From: an uncultured Candidatus Saccharibacteria bacterium
GTDB taxonomy: Bacteria; Patescibacteriota; Doudnabacteria; UBA920
Direction: 5' to 3'
DNA length: 64,000 nucleotides
Assembly (NCBI GenBank): GCA_964490395.1
Contig: CAZBAS010000004.1
Span: 30,615-94,614 of the forward strand
Shown here: in pieces, positions 26,922-36,808 of the stretch
Numbering within the stretch: position 1 is the stretch's first letter
Layout: every line of letters begins with the position of its first letter
Program-made: the position numbers and the translations under genes
The notes under the pieces: model-generated
The model's input: the letters and a program-made list of their open reading frames with translations, nothing else
The model's database searches: none
What the model was told of the DNA's origin: nothing

Positions 26922-27569
26922 ATGGAAGCCTTTACAACGGCGTTTGCCATTATTACAAGGCTGTTTGAGATTATGGGATCGAAGGGTGCTTTGGCGATTT
27001 GCAATAACGCCAGTCATACGAGTGATGATAAAACTATTCACATAGTACATACTCCGAATACTAATGATTACGGAGTAGACATCTCAGCAGTATCAAATTT
27101 GCTAGACGCACTCCACGGTCACAAGCATTCTCCACAACTGTCTGTGACACAAAATAGAAAAGGCGGCGCATGCGCTGGCGACAATTATTTTTTACTGGCA
27201 GTAGGTGCGGCAGGAATTGGATTGCCTGAACATGTGCTCATGTTTCTTGCCGGAATTGCTATAGTACCACACTACTTCCCGATTGAATTGCAGAGGGTCA
27301 TTGGATACAGCACTTCACCGGCCCTGGACGATCTTCTCCGTCGCGCGAAGGCATGCGCAGTACCTGTCAGCACAGGGGCACATACAAGTGTAGGAAAACC
27401 TACGTTGATATTCGTGTTCCGGTCAATAAACAGGCAATGCGAGGAGGCCTGCCGCCTCTTAAGCTCATTATGCGGCGGCTCGAACAATCTGCAAGTAAAT
27501 TCGGATGCGATCATTATTCCAGCTACGACCTACGCAGTAGATTTGGGCTTTGCATTTATCTCAACATAG
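26922..27569 (+). CDS. Hypothetical protein (215 aa)
   Basis: Good SD (aaataaggagactgattt ATG). Convergent with the nitroreductase-like gene. Confidence 0.35.
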   Translation: MEAFTTAFAIITRLFEIMGSKGALAICNNASHTSDDKTIHIVHTPNTNDYGVDISAVSNLLDALHGHKHSPQLSVTQNRKGGACAGDNYFLLAVGAAGIGLPEHVLMFLAGIAIVPHYFPIELQRVIGYSTSPALDDLLRRAKACAVPVSTGAHTSVGKPTLIFVFRSINRQCEEACRLLSSLCGGSNNLQVNSDAIIIPATTYAVDLGFAFIST

Positions 27570-27647
27570 GACGGCAGGTCTCTCATTTAACCAAAACAAA
27601 AGCGGCTAGAGCCCTCAGAACTTTAGCTGCTTTTTTATTTTTATCGT

Positions 27648-28769
27648 TTAGAGGAGTACCGATGATAACGGCAACCTTGGTGAGTGGGGGCGTAGCAAAT
27701 CTTCTTTTCGTTTTATGTACCCAATCCTGTACACCGTAAGCAGCTTACCGGTCTGCCCAAAGGTATTGGTAAATATATCGTGCACAAGACCTACTTCAGT
27801 TAATCCCGCGTGGATAGATACGCGTATGCCGTGCATCTCAAACAGCAAAAACTGTTTTGTAGCCAATACTCCGGTTTTGAGCCAATCAACAGGAGTATCT
27901 GTATTACCAAATAAAAAGCCGAGTACTGCAGATCGTTCAATTAGAAACTTGGTGCCAAGGCTAAACTTGAGCATGTCTTCCGGCTTCAGTTTTATTTTTC
28001 CGAGCAGTCCTAAGTGAAGCCGAGTACTGCCTTCCTGCGTCAGGCCCATATTGCTGCCCGGCATGCCTACAAATGAAGTTGTATCGTTCGGGAGTATCCA
28101 CGCACCCAGTTCTTTAGCAAATTTAGGGGAGTTCGCTACAAACCCGTCTGCTTGCTGCTGCAGCTCCGATACCTTGAGCCGGTCTGGGGCTTTATCCAAA
28201 AACAGCGTACGAATGTCTCCGCCAGCTTCTGCGCGGATGGCCTGTTTCAAAACAGTTGGCGAGACTTTTTTTACTGTATCGAATTCAGCCCGAACTACTT
28301 TGCGGGTAAAAATAGCCTTCAGAAGTGCACGAGGTGCAGCAGTACGCGCGGGCGCAAACGAAATAGTGGCGAGTCGGGTGTATCTGTTTTTAGCTTTTGG
28401 ATTCGAAAGGGGAGTAACGTCGCGTGGCTGTATGGAGGCATACGCCACCCGCGCGGTAAGAGCATAGCAGCGTGCTCCTTCTAGTATGTTACCAACAGAG
28501 CACCCCATGCTAACGAGTGCTTGCCGGCCAGTTGGGTCGGATTCAGGTAAGATTGCGGTTCGGTCCACGAGCACCTCTATGGTGTATTTTTTTGCGTCAA
28601 TTTTGTATCGCCAAGGCTGCGTATTGTGTGAGCTCGCAGCTAAGTGGCCGAGCAGACAGAGATATTCAAGCTGCTGCTGCTTGGACAAACTACGAAACTC
28701 CGGGCGAGTATGCTGCGGCGTAGTCCACACAGCATAGTTAGAGTCCACGGTCTCTTTTTTGCTTGTCAT
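27648..28769 (-). CDS. Two-domain nitroreductase-superfamily protein (SagB/ThcOx-like architecture)
   Basis: NTQPWRYKI nitroreductase signature in the N-terminal half, plus a second nitroreductase-like half. Confidence 0.55.
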   Translation of the reverse strand: MTSKKETVDSNYAVWTTPQHTRPEFRSLSKQQQLEYLCLLGHLAASSHNTQPWRYKIDAKKYTIEVLVDRTAILPESDPTGRQALVSMGCSVGNILEGARCYALTARVAYASIQPRDVTPLSNPKAKNRYTRLATISFAPARTAAPRALLKAIFTRKVVRAEFDTVKKVSPTVLKQAIRAEAGGDIRTLFLDKAPDRLKVSELQQQADGFVANSPKFAKELGAWILPNDTTSFVGMPGSNMGLTQEGSTRLHLGLLGKIKLKPEDMLKFSLGTKFLIERSAVLGFLFGNTDTPVDWLKTGVLATKQFLLFEMHGIRVSIHAGLTEVGLVHDIFTNTFGQTGKLLTVYRIGYIKRKEDLLRPHSPRLPLSSVLL

Positions 28770-28819
28770 ATGGGTATAACGTGTTATGCTTAAAGAGGTA
28801 TTTCCCTCATAATATCATG

Positions 28820-30490
28820 GAAACTCTACAGCTCGAAATTTTACTCGATACCATTGCATTTATTAGCAGTATTATTCTTGGCGCGCTTATTTTCTTTAAA
28901 GATCCGAAAAGCTGGACCAACCGATTGTTCTTCGTGCTTTCCGCGCTCATTGACACCTACATAGTTGTAAATTATATTTCGCTGCACCCGCCAACTCCCA
29001 CACCAGAGAGTCAGTTGTTTTGGATACGCATAGTCATGTTCGTGACTTCGTTTATTGGCCCCGCGCTGGTGGTGTTCATCCATACTTTTCCCGGGACAAG
29101 GGTAACCCTTCGCAAAAAATACTTATTGCCGCTACTCAGCCTTATGGTGCTTTCTGCATCATTCTCCCTTGGCACGTTAGTATTCAAATCCATTGAGTAC
29201 CCGAACGGAAGCCCCGTACCCCAGCCTGGCGCGGGCATTCCGGTTTTTCTGCTGGATTTTGTAGGGATGTTCATTTTAAGCTTTGTCATACTTATATATA
29301 AGTATCGTCACGCAAGTGGTGTAGACAAAAACAGGCTTCTCTACATGCTCGTTGGAGTATTCGCCTCGTTTTCATTGATGGGTGTGACCACGGTTATATT
29401 TGTTGCATTTCTTAAAACATCGAGCTTCGTGTTTTTGGGTCCGGTATTCACCGTGATACTCATGGCCTGCATTGCCTATGCAACCGTGAAGTACCAGCTG
29501 TTTAATCTCAAGGTGTTTGCTACCGAGATGCTCGTAGGTGGGCTTTGGATTTTACTTTTTGGCAAAGTGTTTACCTCCCGCTCTGTATCGGAACGAATTG
29601 TGGATGTATCCATTTTCCTGGTGACCATGGTGGTGGGGAGTTTTCTAGTGCGGAGCGTAGCGCGCGAAGTGAGGCAGCGCGAGCAATTGGAAACCCTTAC
29701 AAAAGAGCTGAGCGAGGCCAATGTACAGCTAAAACAGCTCGACCAAGCCCGGGCCGACTTCCTTACTCTCACCTCGCACCAACTTAGAACTCCTCCCGCA
29801 ACTATCAAATGGTACCTCGCAGCTATTCAAAGCGGTGATTTTGGCGCATTGCCGAAAGATGTGGCAGAGGCCATTGCCAAGACTGAGGTAACGAACAATG
29901 CACTTATATCGCTCATTGACGATTTACTCAATGCATCACGCATAGAAAGGGGTAAGCTTGAGTTTTTATTTGAGCCGGTTAAACTTGATGAGCTGACCAA
30001 ATTTACGGTTGAGCAGCTACAGCCACAAGCGCACTTAAAAGGGCTTGAGCTCCTGTACGAAGCTTCGCCCATACCAGTACCCGAAGTAGTGGCGGATAAA
30101 GAAAAAATTCGTCAGGTGGTAAATAATTTCATAGACAATGCTATAAAATATAGCCCCAAGGGCAATATTGTGGCTCGAGTTACCGTGGATGAAAAATTTG
30201 TAACGGTTGAAGTGCAAGACACCGGTAAAGGGATAGAGGCGGGGATTATCAACTCTTTGTTCCACAAATACAGTCGGGGCAAAGACTCGGTTACGCATGC
30301 AACAGGTATTGGCATTGGGCTGTACGTGGCAAAAATTGTTGTAGAGAATCACAAGGGTGAAATTGGCGCAAAGAGTGATGGCGTGGGTAAGGGTTCTACA
30401 TTCTATTTCCGCATACCCATTAAGAATGACTTACCGCATATTAAGATGATGGATCTTGTCGAAGAACAAAGTGGAAATGACAAAAGTTAA
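28820..30490 (+). CDS. Membrane sensor histidine kinase (multi-TM sensor + HisKA + HATPase_c)
   Basis: LTSHQLRTPP (H-box), NFIDNAIKYSP (N-box), DTGKGIEAG (G1), GIGIGLYVAK (G2). The start is moved from the track's 28763 to avoid overlapping the divergent gene's start. Confidence 0.8.
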   Translation, partial: ETLQLEILLDTIAFISSIILGALIFFKDPKSWTNRLFFVLSALIDTYIVVNYISLHPPTPTPESQLFWIRIVMFVTSFIGPALVVFIHTFPGTRVTLRKKYLLPLLSLMVLSASFSLGTLVFKSIEYPNGSPVPQPGAGIPVFLLDFVGMFILSFVILIYKYRHASGVDKNRLLYMLVGVFASFSLMGVTTVIFVAFLKTSSFVFLGPVFTVILMACIAYATVKYQLFNLKVFATEMLVGGLWILLFGKVFTSRSVSERIVDVSIFLVTMVVGSFLVRSVAREVRQREQLETLTKELSEANVQLKQLDQARADFLTLTSHQLRTPPATIKWYLAAIQSGDFGALPKDVAEAIAKTEVTNNALISLIDDLLNASRIERGKLEFLFEPVKLDELTKFTVEQLQPQAHLKGLELLYEASPIPVPEVVADKEKIRQVVNNFIDNAIKYSPKGNIVARVTVDEKFVTVEVQDTGKGIEAGIINSLFHKYSRGKDSVTHATGIGIGLYVAKIVVENHKGEIGAKSDGVGKGSTFYFRIPIKNDLPHIKMMDLVEEQSGNDKS

Positions 30491-30499
30491 AAAACAGTT

Positions 30500-30970
30500 A
30501 TGACTATAATTTGTGAAGTTTCGGCCAGGCACTATCACCCTGTAAAAGATACTGGTTATACTAAGAAAAAAGATATTTCCCAAACCGGCCAGTGGGCAGC
30601 AAACGAACGAGTGGAGTACAACGGCCTTACATTCGGTGTAATAATGCCAGAACGACCCTATGAAAAATACGAGCTCAGCATTACTGACTGGTGGAAAGCG
30701 TGCGGGGGAGAACCCGTGTTTGAAGATGGAAAGTCTACTGTTGTTGTCCAACTCAGACACTTTCATTGCTCTACAGCAACAGCAGAGCAGCTCAAGCTGA
30801 AAACAGGGGACAAAGTATCCATTTACAAAAGTGGCATACGTGCGGGCCGGCTCGACGAAGTATATGTAAAAGTAGACCCCAGCTTCCAAGACCGCATACA
30901 TTTGGATACTGATGAAGCCAATGCACTATACATAAAAAATGGCGACGAAGTAGAACTTATTATTGAGTAA
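30500..30970 (+). CDS. Hypothetical protein (possible beta-barrel MOSC/PK-barrel-like C-terminus)
   Basis: ORF with SD. GDKVSIY...NGDEVELI pattern. No firm assignment. Confidence 0.35.
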   Translation: MTIICEVSARHYHPVKDTGYTKKKDISQTGQWAANERVEYNGLTFGVIMPERPYEKYELSITDWWKACGGEPVFEDGKSTVVVQLRHFHCSTATAEQLKLKTGDKVSIYKSGIRAGRLDEVYVKVDPSFQDRIHLDTDEANALYIKNGDEVELIIE

Positions 30971-31066
30971 GCAGTAAGTGGAAAGCGGAAAACAAAAATC
31001 TGAAAAAAACTAGTCATAAGCTAGCAATTCACTAATAACTATTTACTGTTTACTAGCAAACATTCT

Positions 31067-31507
31067 ATGTCTACAAAACATTCAATCCTTTCAATAGAGA
31101 CCACGCAGCAATTTGAAATAGTCAACATAACGGAACATGTGCAAGAGGCAGTGCATGCAAACGGCATTGTTTCCGGCCTGCTTACTGTGTCTACTCCGCA
31201 CACTACTGCGGGGATAAAGTTGAATCATTTTGAACCCATGCTCTTGCAAGATATACTGCGCACCATGTACAAGCTCGCGCCGCAGGACACAAGCTACAAC
31301 CACGACTTGTTTGAGCTGAGGCAAAATGTTGCGCCCGGAGAACGGAGTAATGGGCATGCGCACATAAAAGCATTTCTGCTCGGCGCTTCGGAAAGCTTAC
31401 CCATTATAGACGGGCGAATTGTGCTCGGCGATAGGCAAAACATTTTATTTGTAGAATGCGACGGGGCACGAAAACGCACGGTACACATTACCATGCTTGG
31501 TGAATAA
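31067..31507 (+). CDS. yjbQ: YjbQ/UPF0047 family protein (secondary thiamine-phosphate synthase-like)
   Basis: TVSTPHTTAGIKLNHFEP...NGHAHIKAFLLGASESLPIIDGRIVLGDRQNILFVECDG matches YjbQ conserved blocks. Confidence 0.75.
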   Translation: MSTKHSILSIETTQQFEIVNITEHVQEAVHANGIVSGLLTVSTPHTTAGIKLNHFEPMLLQDILRTMYKLAPQDTSYNHDLFELRQNVAPGERSNGHAHIKAFLLGASESLPIIDGRIVLGDRQNILFVECDGARKRTVHITMLGE

Positions 31508-31604
31508 TGCCCACCATACGTACCCATCACCTTACTATATTCTTGCTCGGCCGCGAAAGAGTATAGTAAGCGATCCACCTGACCATAAGTAACCCAACTA
31601 ACGC

Positions 31605-32504
31605 ATGAGAAAATTTGTTGCACTTGTATTTTTAATTATCATCGCGGGTCTTGCTTGGCTCGGGGTTTCTGTTCGTCATAGAATCGCGGAAAAAGAAGCA
31701 CGCCAGAAAGCTGCTGCGGAAAAGAAGTTTGAAGAAGTCAAAGTTACCCTTATAGAGGGGTGGGGGAATGCAGAAATTTTCGCAGCGTTGGAAAAAGCCG
31801 GGTTTGGTAGTGTGGCAGATTTTGAAAAAGCGGAGAAAGAGCTAGATAGATCAAAATACGGCTTTCTTGATACCATACCGCCCAAAGTAGACTTAGAAGG
31901 GTATTTTTTTCCCGATACCTATCGCATAGCAAAAAACGCCACACCCAGTGACGTTCTCGATATGTTGTTAGAAAATTTTAAAACCCGATTCGCAAAAGTG
32001 CAAGCAGGGGCGAACTATACGGATGGGTACTATATTATTCCTGAATTTGAAACGTTACACCTTAAAAATAGAGTTGCTCCTGGCCTCACGCTGCATGAGG
32101 TCGTCACCCTTGCCGCCATTGTAGAAAAAGAAACGGGCAAGAGGGGGGAGGCGGCAACTTCGGATCGCTTGCTAGAAGAACGTAAAACCGTAGCGGGGAT
32201 ATTCTTGAATAGATTAACCATAGGGCAGGCCCTGCAAAGCGATGCAACTATAAACTACATAACTAAATCCGGCCGCAGCAGCTCCACGTTAGCTGATACA
32301 GAAATTGACTCTCCGTATAACACCTATAAATACGCTGGACTTCCTCCAGGGCCTATAGGTAGTCCCTCCTCGGCAAGCTTGAGCGCGGTACTTTCTCCAA
32401 TTAAAACAGATTATTTTTATTTTCTTCACAGCGCCACAGGCGAGATTTACTACGCTAAAACTTTCGAGCAGCATGTAAACAATAGGAATAAGTATTTGAA
32501 ATAA
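31605..32504 (+). CDS. mltG: Endolytic murein transglycosylase MltG/YceG
   Basis: N-terminal TM. YFFPDTYRI and NTYKYAGLPPGPIGSPS motifs typical of YceG. Confidence 0.8.
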   Translation: MRKFVALVFLIIIAGLAWLGVSVRHRIAEKEARQKAAAEKKFEEVKVTLIEGWGNAEIFAALEKAGFGSVADFEKAEKELDRSKYGFLDTIPPKVDLEGYFFPDTYRIAKNATPSDVLDMLLENFKTRFAKVQAGANYTDGYYIIPEFETLHLKNRVAPGLTLHEVVTLAAIVEKETGKRGEAATSDRLLEERKTVAGIFLNRLTIGQALQSDATINYITKSGRSSSTLADTEIDSPYNTYKYAGLPPGPIGSPSSASLSAVLSPIKTDYFYFLHSATGEIYYAKTFEQHVNNRNKYLK

Positions 32505-32514
32505 TTGTCCAGAA

Positions 32515-34284
32515 TTGCGCAAAATTGTCCAAAAATTTATGAAAGTACACATACTAAACAAAATTACGCGCAACGTGCTTATATACACTATAGTTCTTTG
32601 TAGCTTACTAGGAGTGTTTGGAGAGGTGGCGTATGCACAACAAGGAGTTGGTGAATATGAACGTATAGAGCATTTTCATAGCAAAATTATAGTAAATGCC
32701 GACGCGTCGCTTAAGGTAACAGAAGATATACAAGTATATGCCACAGGTGACCAAATTCGCCATGGCATATACCGCGATTTTCCTACAAGCTATAAAGATC
32801 GGTTCGGCAATAAGATCCGAGTGGGGTTTACTATTGTAAGTGTAGAGCGGGACAACGCCTCCGAGCCGTATCATACAGAGCGTAAAGTGAATGGTACGCG
32901 TATATATTTTGGAGATGCGAATACAATCATACCCACGGGCCTACACACGTATACATTCACATACACGGTAACGCGTGAGTTAGGTTTTTTTGTAGACCAT
33001 GATGAACTCTACTGGAACGTAACTGGAAATGGCTGGATATTTCCCATACTGAATGCGAGTGCGCAGGTAATACTTCCTTCGGGCATACTTTCTAACAAAA
33101 TTAGCACGGCGGCATATACCGGGGCCGCGGGTTCAAAGGCTCAAGATTTTACGGTGAGCACGAGTGAAGCAGGGGCCACTTTTAAGACAACGAAACCATT
33201 GAGCGCCGAGGAAGGCTTAACCATAGTGGTAGGCTTTCCCAAAGGTTTCGTGCAAGAGCCTACTACCAAACAGAAGATAGAGTGGTTTTTAAACGACAAT
33301 AAGGGCATTTTAGTTTCGGGCATTTTACTTTTGCTGCTTATAGCATATTACATTCGTACCTGGGGAAAGTACGGAGTTGACCCAGCCAAGGGTACTATAG
33401 TTGCACAATACGAAGCCCCACGAAAGCTTTCACCAGCTGGAGTATTTTACATTCACAAAATGGGCTACCGCATGAATGCTTTTACGGCAGGCGTGCTATC
33501 GCTCGCGGTAAAGGGGTATATACACATAACCAATGACGACAAACGATACGTAATAAGCAAGGCGTCTACTGCCGGCAAAGGCGCAAGCACGGACGAACAA
33601 GCGCTCTATGACGAACTGTTTACAGAGAGCGAAAACATTACCCTCAGTAATGCTGAGTATAAAAGATTGCAAAAAGCCCAGGCAAAACAGCGAGCCGTAT
33701 TAGTGGGAGAACTGGGAAACAATACGTACTTCATCAACAACACAAAATACTTTGTGGGTGGGTTTTTACTCTCTGTAGTTGTCATAATAACCGCAATTGC
33801 CTTGCAAACGCCGCCATATGCAATTGCATTAGTGATTGTTATAAGTGTGGTCATGGATGTCCTTTTTTATAACCTGCTTCGAAAGCGTACCCTAGAAGGA
33901 CAACAACTCTACGAAGAGATTGAAGGATTCAAACTCTACATGTCTGTTGCGGAAAAGGATAGGTTAAATTTTCACAACCCACCCGAACAAACACCGCAGC
34001 TATTTGAAAAACTGTTACCCTATGCGCTCGCTCTTGGCGTAGAGCAAAAATGGGCTGAACAGTTCGCCAGCGTATTTGCCAAACTCGGACCCGAAGGCCA
34101 AGGCGGTTACATGCCGCTGTGGTATACTGGCGCTTACTTTAACGCGCATTCAGTCGGCGACTTTAGTAGTTCATTCTCCAGCGCCATATCCTCATCCTCC
34201 ACACCACCTGGATCCAGTTCAGGAGGGGGCGGAGGAGGCTCCTCAGGCGGAGGAGGCGGCGGCGGAGGTGGGGGAGGATGGTAG
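32515..34284 (+). CDS. DUF2207-family membrane protein with Gly-rich C-terminus
   Basis: Signal/TM. HGIYRDFPTSYKD...LYWNVTGNGW block typical of DUF2207. Internal TM helices. Ends in a poly-Gly tail. Confidence 0.6.
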   Translation: MRKIVQKFMKVHILNKITRNVLIYTIVLCSLLGVFGEVAYAQQGVGEYERIEHFHSKIIVNADASLKVTEDIQVYATGDQIRHGIYRDFPTSYKDRFGNKIRVGFTIVSVERDNASEPYHTERKVNGTRIYFGDANTIIPTGLHTYTFTYTVTRELGFFVDHDELYWNVTGNGWIFPILNASAQVILPSGILSNKISTAAYTGAAGSKAQDFTVSTSEAGATFKTTKPLSAEEGLTIVVGFPKGFVQEPTTKQKIEWFLNDNKGILVSGILLLLLIAYYIRTWGKYGVDPAKGTIVAQYEAPRKLSPAGVFYIHKMGYRMNAFTAGVLSLAVKGYIHITNDDKRYVISKASTAGKGASTDEQALYDELFTESENITLSNAEYKRLQKAQAKQRAVLVGELGNNTYFINNTKYFVGGFLLSVVVIITAIALQTPPYAIALVIVISVVMDVLFYNLLRKRTLEGQQLYEEIEGFKLYMSVAEKDRLNFHNPPEQTPQLFEKLLPYALALGVEQKWAEQFASVFAKLGPEGQGGYMPLWYTGAYFNAHSVGDFSSSFSSAISSSSTPPGSSSGGGGGGSSGGGGGGGGGGGW

Positions 34285-34389
34285 GATCCCAAAGGGAATT
34301 TTCAATTTTACAATTTTCAATTTTTAAAATAAAACACACTCTTGCAAAATCTACAGCGAGAGTGTGTTTTATTTTATATCTAAGATTTA

Positions 34390-35367
34390 TCAAGCCAAGT
34401 AGGAGCCTACAAATGTTTTATTTCCGTTTAGGAATGACTTTATGTGCATGGGCTGTTTGCCTTCGGGTTGGAGGGTGAGGATTTGTAGGTAGGTGCTGGA
34501 GCCGCAGGCTATAATGCCGTCATTAATAACTGTGCCTGGCAGGTTCATACCACCCCTAGCCCCTCCTATCTTAGGAGGGGAATCGGAGGACGCATCCTGC
34601 GCAATGGATTCGATATCGACAGGCTTACACTCAACAATTTTAAGCAGCTTACCATTCCAGGTGGTATAGATACCTGGCCAGGGTTGGTAGGCGCGCCAGG
34701 CGTTGTATATATCTTGCGCGGACTTAGACCAGTCTATGCGTCCGTCTTCTTTTTTTATCATGGGAGCTTTGGTGGCTAAGTCGTGGTTTTGCTCCTTAGG
34801 TGCTAGCTCTCCATTTTGATATGCGGGCAATATTTCAATCAGTTTATCCGCGGATATTTCTGCCATTCGCTGAGCTAGAGTAGTAAATGTATCGTCTGGC
34901 CTTATATCTTCCGCGACCTGCGCAAGAACCTGACCATGATCCAGGAACTCATCCAGTATAAATATAGTAGTGCCAGTAACGGCGTCACCATTCTTCAACG
35001 CGGCTTGGATTGGCGCTGCGCCTCGATACTGTGGCAATAACGAAAAATGAATGTTGAGTGTTTTAAGTGGGGGAGTATCTATTAACTCTTTTGGCATTAT
35101 CTTACCGTAGGAAACGACTATGTAGATATCTGCTGCAAGACTCTTAAGCTGTTCTAAAATTTCGGGACTATTTTTTACTTTTTCCGGCTTTAAAATATTC
35201 AGGCCAAGCTCTTGAGCTCGGATAGCAACAGAAGAGGGAGTTAAAATTTGCTTACGGCCCACAGGCGCATCTGGACTACTAACCACGCCAACTACTTCGT
35301 GATGCTCTACCAATTTTTCTAGCGTAGGGAGTCCTACGTCCGATGTTCCAAAAAATACTATACGCAT
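34390..35367 (-). CDS. fmt: Methionyl-tRNA formyltransferase
   Basis: MRIVFFGTSDVGLPTLEKL...NIHFSLLPQYRGAAPIQAALKNGDAVTGTTIF. Confidence 0.9.
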   Translation of the reverse strand: MRIVFFGTSDVGLPTLEKLVEHHEVVGVVSSPDAPVGRKQILTPSSVAIRAQELGLNILKPEKVKNSPEILEQLKSLAADIYIVVSYGKIMPKELIDTPPLKTLNIHFSLLPQYRGAAPIQAALKNGDAVTGTTIFILDEFLDHGQVLAQVAEDIRPDDTFTTLAQRMAEISADKLIEILPAYQNGELAPKEQNHDLATKAPMIKKEDGRIDWSKSAQDIYNAWRAYQPWPGIYTTWNGKLLKIVECKPVDIESIAQDASSDSPPKIGGARGGMNLPGTVINDGIIACGSSTYLQILTLQPEGKQPMHIKSFLNGNKTFVGSYLA

Positions 35368-35376
35368 AAGGTAATG

Positions 35377-35492
35377 AATGTCTAATTTCTAATATCTAAT
35401 TCCTAATGTCCAGATACCTTTTTGTCTTTCATCCAACTTCGCTAAAGTTATGTCGGACAAGTTAGACCTTAGAAATTAGGAATTAGATATTT
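35377..35492. repeat. AT-rich palindromic repeat, family A, copy 2
   Basis: aatgtctaatttctaatatctaattcctaatgtcc ... gaccttagaaattaggaattagatattt. Confidence 0.6.
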
Positions 35493-36069
35493 GTATTTTA
35501 CTAAGTAATCTTCGCAAAACTTCTGCTTCGACTTCTACGTCAGTAAGGGCGTCGTGAAAATTACCAGTGGTTGTTATACCCAACAACGCTGCCATATCGG
35601 ATAATCCGAAGCCAATTGGTTTTTTGGGGTTTAGGTTTGTACGTGATTCACTACTCCAGTACAAATACGCTAAAGTCCAAATATCAAAACTATGGAACTC
35701 GTACGGAAGGCGTTTGCCCATCTTTTCATAGCTTTGACGCAAAAAGCCAGTATCAAACCAAGCATTGTATGCGGTCAGCAGGACATCGCCTACAGGAAAT
35801 TGCTCCTCAAAATCGCCCAGAGCACGCTCGATAGGCGGAGCGCTCTTTAGAGTTTCTATGCTAATTTTATTCACTTCCATGGCCTCAGGCAACCAGTTGC
35901 CCCACTGCTTTGGTTGGACATACGAAGAAAACCTAGAAACTTCTTCTAGAGTATCTTTGCGAAGCCTAATGGCGGCAATCTGAATAATTTCAGCATGCGC
36001 TATATCGAGCCCCGTACTTTCTATATCAAATATCACTAGGTCTCTGGTAAACATAATTTGAGGCGACAT
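35476..36069 (-). CDS. DEDD-family 3'-5' exonuclease (DnaQ/epsilon-like)
   Basis: Exo I FDIESTGLD, plus later Exo II and III-like acidic and H residues. Confidence 0.7.
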   Translation of the reverse strand: MSPQIMFTRDLVIFDIESTGLDIAHAEIIQIAAIRLRKDTLEEVSRFSSYVQPKQWGNWLPEAMEVNKISIETLKSAPPIERALGDFEEQFPVGDVLLTAYNAWFDTGFLRQSYEKMGKRLPYEFHSFDIWTLAYLYWSSESRTNLNPKKPIGFGLSDMAALLGITTTGNFHDALTDVEVEAEVLRRLLSKIQISNS

Positions 36070-36174
36070 TAATTTACAGATACCACATGAATGTCACGAA
36101 TAATTAATCTTAAGCCAAGGGGGCATGTCCGTATTATTCGCATCATTCGGGTGCCATTCGTAGATTCGGGTCGC

Positions 36175-36711
36175 TTACACTTCTTTAAGAATTTTCCGCA
36201 ATACTTCAGCCTGCAATTTTACTCGCTCAAATGCATCGTATGGGTTGCTAATGCGAAGGTGGAAATGATCAAGTAAGGTATGAAGTGAAGGAATTTTTTT
36301 TAGGCCTATGCGCATACCAAAGGTGTAGTATAGAGTCCATAAATCTATAACGGAAAGATCGTACGGAAACGCTGTAGCCTGTTTTCGAAACATTTGCCTA
36401 AAAGAAAACAGCTGACTTGCACTGGGTACTGCAAGGGTCGCGTCTGGGCGAAAACGAGTCGTTACTTCTTTTATAAAATCGAGCGGCTTGGGGGAGTTTT
36501 GAAGCACTGAAATGTCTACGCGCACGCTTGCTGCATGGCCTTGCAGGGTCTCGGAAAGGAGGCTGTTTCGCACATAGGTCGAGTAGTTGGCTTTTTCCAA
36601 TAGGTTGTCTTTGTCCAGCAACACAGCACCAAACTGCACAACAACGTCGCGCTCTACATCGGGCCCGCTAGTTTCTAAGTCTATAAGAAGGATGTCTTTG
36701 ATAAAACGCAT
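36175..36711 (-). CDS. DEDD-family 3'-5' exonuclease paralogue
   Basis: LLIDLETSGPD Exo I motif. Tandem with the previous gene. Confidence 0.6.
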   Translation of the reverse strand: MRFIKDILLIDLETSGPDVERDVVVQFGAVLLDKDNLLEKANYSTYVRNSLLSETLQGHAASVRVDISVLQNSPKPLDFIKEVTTRFRPDATLAVPSASQLFSFRQMFRKQATAFPYDLSVIDLWTLYYTFGMRIGLKKIPSLHTLLDHFHLRISNPYDAFERVKLQAEVLRKILKEV

Positions 36712-36808
36712 GAGTCTCGATGCTAATATACGAATGAATACTAATAATACAAATAAGTGCCAATGTATTGATTCGTATCATTAGTACATTGGTATATTCG
36801 TATCGATA
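36712..36808. mobile_element. Miniature ORF-less copy (MITE-like) of the GxxExxY element family
   Basis: Left arm tctcgatgctaatatacgaatgaatactaataatacaaataag retains ATG AAT ACT AAT.. (MNTN..), the first codons of the GxxExxY gene. Right arm gtatcattagtacattggtatattcgtatcgatact is identical to the right arm at 59050..59082. Confidence 0.55.
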
